From positions 1 through 24,484 of the forward strand of contig JBFMCE010000059.1 in NCBI GenBank assembly GCA_040754655.1: a stretch of DNA of 24,484 bases, in the 5' to 3' direction. Of this stretch, positions 23,686 through 24,484 are shown piece after piece; the first letter of the stretch is position 1, and the number at the start of each line of letters is the position of its first letter. The position numbers were made by a program, and so were the translations under genes. The notes under the pieces were generated by a model. The model searched no databases. It was given only the letters and a program-made list of their open reading frames with translations, and was not told the origin of the DNA. This DNA comes from Bdellovibrionota bacterium (GTDB taxonomy: Bacteria; Bdellovibrionota; UBA1018; UBA923).

Positions 23686-24484
23686 ATGTTTAATTCTGAC
23701 CGACTACAGTATCAAAATTATCGCCAGTGGCTCGAAGGCGAACTCACGAAGCGTTGCGAGAAGAATCCAAAATACTCGCTCCGCGCCTTTGCGCGGACAT
23801 TGGGGCTGAGTCCCTCGCAATTGTCGCGCATTCTCTCAGGAAAACGCCCGCTGAGCGTACCGACGGCGGATCAAATCGCCTTTCGGCTGGGGCTCCCTCC
23901 TCAGGCGCGGTCGCAACTCCTGAGCCTTGTGGTGAATCAAGAACGCGCTCTTGGAGGACGCTCTAAAAAAGATCGAAAAACACAAGATGATCCATCCAGC
24001 TCCCTTGTCCTGTCTCTTGACGCGTTCGCAGTCATCTCGGCGTGGTACCACTATGCCATCACCGAGCTCACCCAGGTGGAAGATTTCAAGAGTCAACCCC
24101 GATGGATCGCCTCCCGGCTGGGCATCACCATCGCTGAGGCGAACGCGGCCGTCAAACGCCTCGTCCGTCTTGGGGTTCTTTCGAAAGACCACGAGGGCAA
24201 CTTCAAGAAAACAGCGGATTCAGTCGCGACCACCAATGAAATACGCTCATCCGGGCTTCGCAAGTTTCATAAACAGATTCTACAGAAAGCCATGGAATCA
24301 CTCGAAGAGATAGAACTTGAAAAACGCGATGTAACCGCAATAACGATGGCGATCGACCCAAAGAATTTGCCAAAGACCAAACAAAAGATTCAAAAGTTCC
24401 GAAAAACGCTTTGTTCACAACTTGAAAAAGGAAGGCCTACGGAAGTGTACACTCGGTCGATCCAACTTTTTCCATTAACCCTAC
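23686..24484 (+). CDS. TIGR02147 family protein (XRE-type HTH + DUF4423), truncated by window end; absent from the ORF track
   Basis: Manual translation: MFNSDRLQYQNYRQWLEGELTKRCEKNPKYSLRAFARTLGLSPSQLSRILSGKRPLS...ISAWYHYAITEL...WIASRLGI...RKFHKQIL...EKRDVTAITMAID...EVYTRSIQLFPLT; open for 266 codons. Confidence 0.92.
   Translation, partial: MFNSDRLQYQNYRQWLEGELTKRCEKNPKYSLRAFARTLGLSPSQLSRILSGKRPLSVPTADQIAFRLGLPPQARSQLLSLVVNQERALGGRSKKDRKTQDDPSSSLVLSLDAFAVISAWYHYAITELTQVEDFKSQPRWIASRLGITIAEANAAVKRLVRLGVLSKDHEGNFKKTADSVATTNEIRSSGLRKFHKQILQKAMESLEEIELEKRDVTAITMAIDPKNLPKTKQKIQKFRKTLCSQLEKGRPTEVYTRSIQLFPLTL

Noticed and set aside
23727..24418. ORF-track calls at 23727, 23836, 23951 and 24203
   Set aside because: All are alternative frames of the real TIGR02147 CDS starting at 23686.
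1..24484. CRISPR arrays, tRNA/rRNA, IS/integrase, prophage or defence genes
   Set aside because: No regularly spaced repeats, cloverleaf or rRNA signatures, or relevant protein motifs were seen by eye.

Overview
A roughly 50% GC bacterial chromosomal segment, most likely Bdellovibrionota/Oligoflexia-like. This is inferred from a TIGR02147 HTH-DUF4423 gene, an HD-GYP-like protein, a solo TonB-C protein and many signal-peptide or lipoprotein orphans. Recognisable genes: an EEP-family hydrolase, a transglutaminase-like protein, arfB head-to-head with yciH (SUI1), citrate synthase, and a divergent arginine cluster (argG-argH <- ARG boxes -> argC-argJ-argB-argF-argR) with no argD and a methanogen-like ArgG. 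A TIGR02147 gene missing from the ORF track runs off the right end. No RNA genes, CRISPR arrays or transposases were seen. Most interesting signals: (1) one polypeptide fusing a degenerate ECF-sigma-like domain, a zinc anti-sigma (ZAS) motif and a C-terminal TM helix, coupled to a secreted Cys-rich protein; (2) four sigma54-type promoters, each in front of orphan exported proteins including two cryptic tandem paralog pairs, with two promoters about 10 kb apart sharing a homologous promoter/leader/RBS cassette; (3) repeated signatures of leaderless or near-leaderless mRNAs; (4) candidate operators for the uncharacterised TIGR02147 regulator. All family calls come from motif recognition by eye; no searches were run.
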